NCBI RefSeq assembly: GCF_009914755.1
Contig: NC_060939.1
Strand: one strand, 5' to 3'
Length of the DNA stretch: 64,000 nt
DNA from: the human T2T-CHM13v2.0 reference genome, Homo sapiens
Under the pieces are notes generated by a model, which saw nothing but the letters and a program-made list of their open reading frames with translations, did no database searches and had not been told where the DNA came from. Shown here one piece after another: positions 57,668 through 64,000 of the stretch (within the stretch, counting starts at the first letter, position 1; each line of letters opens with the position of its first letter). Made by a program: the position numbers and the translations under genes.

Positions 57668-60600
57668 TGTTAAATATTACTGTTTTTCTTCCCCCAGGGG
57701 CTACGTGAACATAAGCTCATTTTTCACACTAGCAGCATTTAGAAATGTCTCTTCTGGAGGAACACTGATGCTCTCAAATCACACGTGGTAATTCTCTCCT
57801 CCAGGCACAAAATGCAGTCTCAGCATCTCTGTATCAGGAGTCACTGTCTAAGAGTCTCTCCAGAGAAATAAGCTACCCAGGCCATCCAGCTGCTGGTGAG
57901 TTGCTTTGTGGTCATGAACTGGGTAGATTTCCTCATCTCTTGCTCATTGGCCACATTCAGGATTAATGATTCAATGCTTTTGTTGTTCCAGAAGCTGTGG
58001 TCAGTGGCTATGCAGGAATCAGTCTTTCAGTGCTGATCTTTGCTGAGAAAATAATAGTATTGTTCAAACAGTATATAGGATTTGCACTCAATATTTAATA
58101 ATTTAGTGACAAAAACCTCTTAAATACACATTATACTGATATAAAATAAGTTATTCATCTATTACCAAATTTATTCTTTTATTTAATATAACCCTTGGGA
58201 TAACATTTTCTTTTATGCTTCCATAAATATGCTTCACATGGATATATCACATATTGTGTATAATTTCACACAGTGTTAACATAGTTTCCATCTATTTAGA
58301 TGTTTGCACATTTATTTTATCTCAATGTTTGTTCTCAGGAAGAGTATTTTTCTTCATAAACTAAATTTTCAGCAAATTTTAAATGCATTTCACTGACATA
58401 ATTATACTGTTTACATTGTATTTGTGTATTAAGTTACATTTTGTCCTTAAACCTGAAAATAACTTTTCAAATATATGTAATTTTAAATTTACATGTTTTT
58501 CCCTCAGAACTTTTAAAACCGTAACCTATTGGATTCTTGATCTTATTCACATATTGAGAAATGTGTTTCTTTTCATTGCTTTATAATTAATTTGAATTTT
58601 ATCTTAGATAGCTTTACGTGATTTTCTCTATTATGGTATTATGCTTTTAACTATTGTTTTTCTTTTGATCAGAATGCCTTTAAGCTATTATAATTAATTA
58701 TTTTAATAATTATATATTTTTATTCCCTATTTGACATTCACTCCATTTAATTTATTCAAACTTGCACTTAAACAACATGACTTATTCTAGATTTTTATGT
58801 ATTTTAATTTTTCATATTGTTTATTTGTTTTATCCCTATTGGGACTTCTAAATATTCACTTCATCATATCTTCTAATTCATAATTTCTTTTTCAATTATG
58901 TAATTTTTCTATGTATTCTATCCTTTAAATTTAAAATTTTTACCTAATTATTTTGATAATATACCTTATTTTGATCTTACTTTTAAACTTTTCCTCTAAT
59001 ATATTTAAACATTATAACTACTTATATTATTTCTACAGTATATATACAATTTTGGGATTTATTAAGATGTAATGGTACAGCTGTGTTTTTCTTATAATTT
59101 TATTTCTTAATAACTTTGATCTTGATGACTTTTACTTTGTATATTTTAAAAAGAATAGTAGACTTCATTTTATTATAAATGACTGACCTCAATTGATGGG
59201 GCCATAGAAGATTCTGGGTCGAGGTATTTTATTCCAATGAAAAGTTATCTGTAATGTTAATAATGCACCCTTTACAGACACCTGAAAATGATTAAGTCTA
59301 TATATTTACCTAAATTGTCCTGAGTAAAACACATAGTGTACATATGAACCAGAAACTCATATGATGATTGGTGTTAATTCCCAAATCAACCAAAGAGGAG
59401 AAATACCACCTCCACTAACTAACCTATTTTTCTAAACTTTTGAAAATGTAAGGATTCTAGCTTTAGATAGCATAGTCAGATCCAAGTACTCCTGCATCTA
59501 TGCTGCTGTGACATTATATTCACCAATCAGACATGTTAAATTCTAACAAACTGTGCTTCCATTATTAGCAATTCCCACAGGTAGCATCAACTTCCAGCCT
59601 AATTTTTCTCCTACAGCTGTGCTTCTTTATCCTTTCCTGAAAAATTATTTGTGGAGGTGCATGCCTTTGAAGTTTCTCAGCATATATTGTTATTTGAGGT
59701 TGAAAAGATAAGATTATCTAAATTTTTGTCAGAAACTCTGATACCCACATTATATCTTTGAAAGCATTGGTTGTCACACTGCTGCTGACATGTGCATTTA
59801 GGAGAAGCATGTAAATGTCAGTGCATTGCAGTCTCTGAGGGGTTGAAATAAACAATACCGGAAATCTTGGCCACTGAGGCTCACATGTAGATTTTCATTC
59901 CCAGTCCAGGCATCTAGATTCAGGGGCACCTAACTGAGGGGCTTTTGGTTGAGGCCTTCTTCAGAAACTTTTGTTCAGATCCCTGTTTCTGGAGAAGAAA
60001 TGGAACTTTGATAATAATTTTCATACATTCCTATTAATATTCAATTCTCTTTAATCTTGCTCATACATTCTCCTCTACGCTCTCCTGCCCCCTTTTCCAC
60101 AAAATTGCGGGCCTGTTTTTTATGAGGGTGCCACCTCGGCAGTGAGACAGTGCCCCATGTTTGTGCTGATCCATCTGACCCTTTCCTGGTGCTTTTCCAT
60201 GAGGAAAAAATGGAACAATTAGGAGTCGGTGCTTGATCTAATGTTGCCTGTTGTTTAACACAATCACAGAAAGGAAGACAAAAAGGCGTAACTATTTCTT
60301 TGATGTGGGCCTCTTGCTTTAATTTAAAACTCTGATATTAAGCAGGTTAGCTCTTCCCAGCTCAGCTCAGCTCTTGAAATTTCATGGAAGAAATTCTGTT
60401 TTTATTGGTCTAAATTTTGTGTCCTTTATATAGAAAAACGGTAATAAAATTGCATCGTATATTTAAAAATTGAATGCCTTCTGTTTTGCCATTTTACTGA
60501 AGAGAAAATTTGTGTAGCCTATTGGCATTATTAACAGTGAAGCTCCAAGTACTAATATTCAGAAAAAATAATGAATCAAAATCCAACTATTTCTCAGTAG

Positions 60601-63181
60601 CATTTTCTTTTTTATAAACTTTCTATTTTATTGTCTGTAATTAAAAAACTTCTGTAGAAAAGAGTTTAAAATTTTCAAAGTTAATACAAAATTATTTTTA
60701 GAATTTCTTTTTGCATAATGTTTGTCGTAAGTAGCTAATATTAATAAATTGTAATCATCAATTCTTATCTAAGCTGCACGTTAAAAAATATGTTAATATT
60801 TGCTGCTGCCTAAAATATAATACATATTTACATAATCTAAGCTACTAAAAATAGTAATAAACACACATATAAATAATCAACATACACAGGTCATTTTTTC
60901 TATTTCTTACTTATATTTTATGTTTCATATTTGTATCAGCACACTTTATGTCCTACTATCATATATGGAAACTTGCCTATTTTGCATCTTGTTATATTAA
61001 ATAATAAGACATATGCTTAGCTTCCCCTAGGTTAAATTTTTTACATAATTGTTATTAATGTAAATAATCCAGAAATGAAAGTTTTTTAAAAAATTTCCAG
61101 TGCCCTCACTGTGCATGATATAATTCTATTTTTTAAAGTGTTAGTGCTGTTTGCATTATATAAAAGAATATTTTAGTGTATCAACTAACTACATACCTGA
61201 AAGCATGGCTTACTTTTTCATTAGTATATACTTTTGGTTGTACTCGGCTATTTTTCTAAAAGTGCTTGCAAATCAGTTCCAGGCCACAGGGCTTTGTCTT
61301 CAACAAAATAAGAATGTCTCAGAGACCCACAGAAATAACTGTGCCAAGTACTCCTATAAACAGGCTTCTGATAGAATGACTTATATAACTTTGAAACACT
61401 ATCAGTGGACTAATTTATTTCTCTAATTCTAGCAGAGAAGCATATGTGCTTACAAGATAGAGTAAAACAAGTATGAGTAAAACAGGACTAAATGAACTGA
61501 CGATGAATGATAATAGGTTTTGTTTGGAATGTGAACATAAAACATTCCTGCTATTATTTCCTTGGTATCTAAACATGAGCTAATGGGAGCCGTTGTTACA
61601 TGTTGTACACCCTTAAGAAGGTTTACAGTTTTTTGTCTCACCTATATTCGTAGTTGTCTGTATTTGTGGTTTAGAATCTCAGCTATTTTCATAGTTGTAG
61701 CTATATTTATAGTTGCATGCAATGAGTTGCATGGTTGCACTCAGTAGCCAGGGGATGGGCAGGGAGATGCAAACAATTCTTCAGAGTAAGTTATTATCTT
61801 CTGTTGCAGTGGAAGTTCTTGAGGCTTCATAGCTACCTGGCACTCATCTCGTATGAGCTCCTTTGTGTTTCTGAAGCCTCTGGCATACACCGAGGGTGTG
61901 GGTTTGCCTGGAATGTAGCATCAACCTGTAGAGAACAGGATTTTCCATGACCCAGTCATTGAATAAACTTGATATCTGCTTCTGCTGTTGAGAAAACATT
62001 ATTTCTCCTTCAGGAATATCCACCCTCTTCATCAAGAACATCGTGTCATTCTTCAGGGTCACAGAATGCTCTACAGCCTACTTCCTGGTGTCCACCAAGG
62101 AGGAGATTAGTTGCATCTGAATTGAAGGAAGATTCGAGAGGGGTCACAGCTGCAGAATTCCAATCACGCTCAGTCTGACTGTGCTGATTTTAGAAAGACA
62201 CATGGGGATCTGCCACAAGGAAGGCACTTTGCAGGGAGGCCTCAACCCCATGGCACACCCCTTCAGGAGGGCTCTTCTCCTTGTAACAGTCACTTAGCCA
62301 CTTATAGAAAGGCAACTCTTAGAAAATTTAAATGGGGACCAAAATACTAACCCTAACCAGTTTATTATCTCAAAGAATTGGAAAAACAAAGTTTTCAAAT
62401 ACTACAGGATTAGAAGAGTAAACAAGATATGCTTTTTCTTTGGAGCTACATATATGTATTAAAAATGGGATGTACAAAGAATTTTTTATCACATGGAGAA
62501 GTGCTTATGAGATGATATACCATTAAACATATTAATGAAAGGCATACATTAAAAAGTATAACCAAACTTATACATTAGAGCCCAAAATTTAAAATGTGTA
62601 GAAAAATGATTGAGAGGAAATATGCCGAATTATAGGAATTGATGTGTTTCTTATAGGAAACAGGATCCTGTGAGAAATTAAATTGCTTTATTGATTCTCT
62701 TGTACTTTTATAGTTTCCAAAAGTTCTACAGAGAGTGTAATGTAGGACCTTAGTCAGGAATAAACATCTCTTTAAATAAGCAGCAGAGAATTTCAAAGGA
62801 AGTGTGTGGTATGGGTTTACGTGTTTCTTTCAAGATCTAATATTTTCCACGTAGTGCTTCAGAAAAGACAAGGTAATTTCAACAACTTAACCCCATCATC
62901 AAGAGGGTGTTACTTAAGTACATTATGGGAGGTCATAGATAAACAACCAGTCAGCCTCTAAGCATCAGAAAATCCGTGATGTCCATTGGCCTGAGAGATG
63001 GTCTGCATTTCTTTGAAGGAAAAAAGCAGGTTTTAAAACACTAGAACCGAATCAAATCCTAAATTTGAATAGAAAGATTAGAAAGGCTTATGCATGGGAA
63101 AAAGATTCAGGGTATCCAATGGTTAATTCTGACTATTTCTGAGTAATTTAAATTTACCTATAATTTAAAAAAAAAAATTAA

Positions 63182-63470
63182 GGTCAGGTGTGTTGACTCA
63201 AACCTGTAATCCCAGCATTTTGGGAGGCCGAGGTGGGTGAATCACTTGAGACGAGGAGTTTGCGACCACTATGGGCACCATGGCAAAACCTCATATCTAC
63301 TAAAAACACAAAAATTAGCCAATTGGTGGTGTGTGCTTGTAGTCCCAGCTACTTGGGAGGCTGACGCATGAGAATCGCTTCAACCTAGGGGGTGGAGGTT
63401 GCAATAACCCAAGATCTCACCACTGCACTCCAGTCTGGGTGACAGAGCAAGACCTTGTTTCAAAAAAAAT
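63182..63470 (+). mobile_element. AluS/J
   Basis: Full dimer with a short A tail. Confidence 0.88.
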
Positions 63471-63573
63471 TTTTTTGTATTTTAATTAGGAATCAAATAA
63501 GATAATTAAATGTAAACTTACACTTAATTTACTTTTTAAGCATTTTAAGAATTGGTATTCTAATTTTGTGTCG

Positions 63574-64000
63574 GTACATTTTAAGAATCAATAAAATTAT
63601 TTTTAAAATCAAAGCAATTTTAAAGCTTTTACTTCATTAGACTCCCTGGCAAGAAAGCCCTGGGAAGATAGAAAGTTTGGAGGATGTCAGAGGGAAGTTT
63701 GGGAAAAGTAGAGGAATATATGGAGGGCAGAAGGAGTGAACATTAGGGAAACCCTCCCCTAGCTCAGTCTTCAGATACGCTGGTGGACTTCCCCACTCAG
63801 CCTGAGTCACCTTCGCTACTGACCTCATCTTGTCTTCTGACTGGATGCTCCTTTCAGGAAGCTGGTGTCTGGAAAACTTCTCAATTTTAGTATCAATTAT
63901 TATTCAGAGGCTGAAAGGCAAGCCTCCACCTAAAGTGCCAGTCCTGGGGCCTTGGTGAGACCCTCTGCTGGGGAGAAACTCCACTTCACTGGGGGGTTCT
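63574..64000 (-). repeat. Inverted duplication, right arm (continues past the window end)
   Basis: ...ccttggtgagaccctctgctggggagaaactccacttcac is the reverse complement of the start of the left arm; extra 68 bp at 63724-63791. Confidence 0.95.

Noticed and set aside
61880-62100. WHTP...LDICF...KNIVSF peptide reminiscent of olfactory receptor TM2
   Set aside because: Motif spacing is wrong and no other olfactory receptor motifs (MAYDRY, KAFSTC) are present.

Overview
Primate (very probably human) repeat-dense DNA that looks like a pericentromeric/subtelomeric segmental-duplication mosaic; the chromosomal location cannot be fixed from sequence alone. No intact protein-coding gene, structural RNA gene or CRISPR-like array is visible. 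Non-repeat content: (1) a processed CTDSP2 pseudogene (+, ~29.0-30.95 kb); (2) a CpG-island promoter and first exon of ZNF91-subfamily KRAB zinc-finger type (-, ~34.5-35.2 kb), followed by a MER93-type LTR, with no KRAB or zinc-finger exons seen downstream; (3) an unprocessed, internally deleted CLUH pseudogene (-, ~39.7-44.3 kb); (4) an old ~6.5 kb direct duplication (3.07-9.62 kb vs 47.5-54.0 kb) whose copies carry different transposon insertions; (5) a younger inverted duplication (57.3-57.7 kb vs 63.6-64.0 kb, running off the window). The rest is L1, Alu and LTR (THE1/MST/MLT/MER) sequence plus microsatellites, including a pure (GAA)26. I found no evidence of a new multi-gene system. The best lead is the orphan KRAB-ZNF promoter, which may drive a transposon-derived spliced non-coding transcript. 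Repeat subfamily names and gene identities come from visual recognition against remembered consensus or protein sequences, and most boundaries are approximate.
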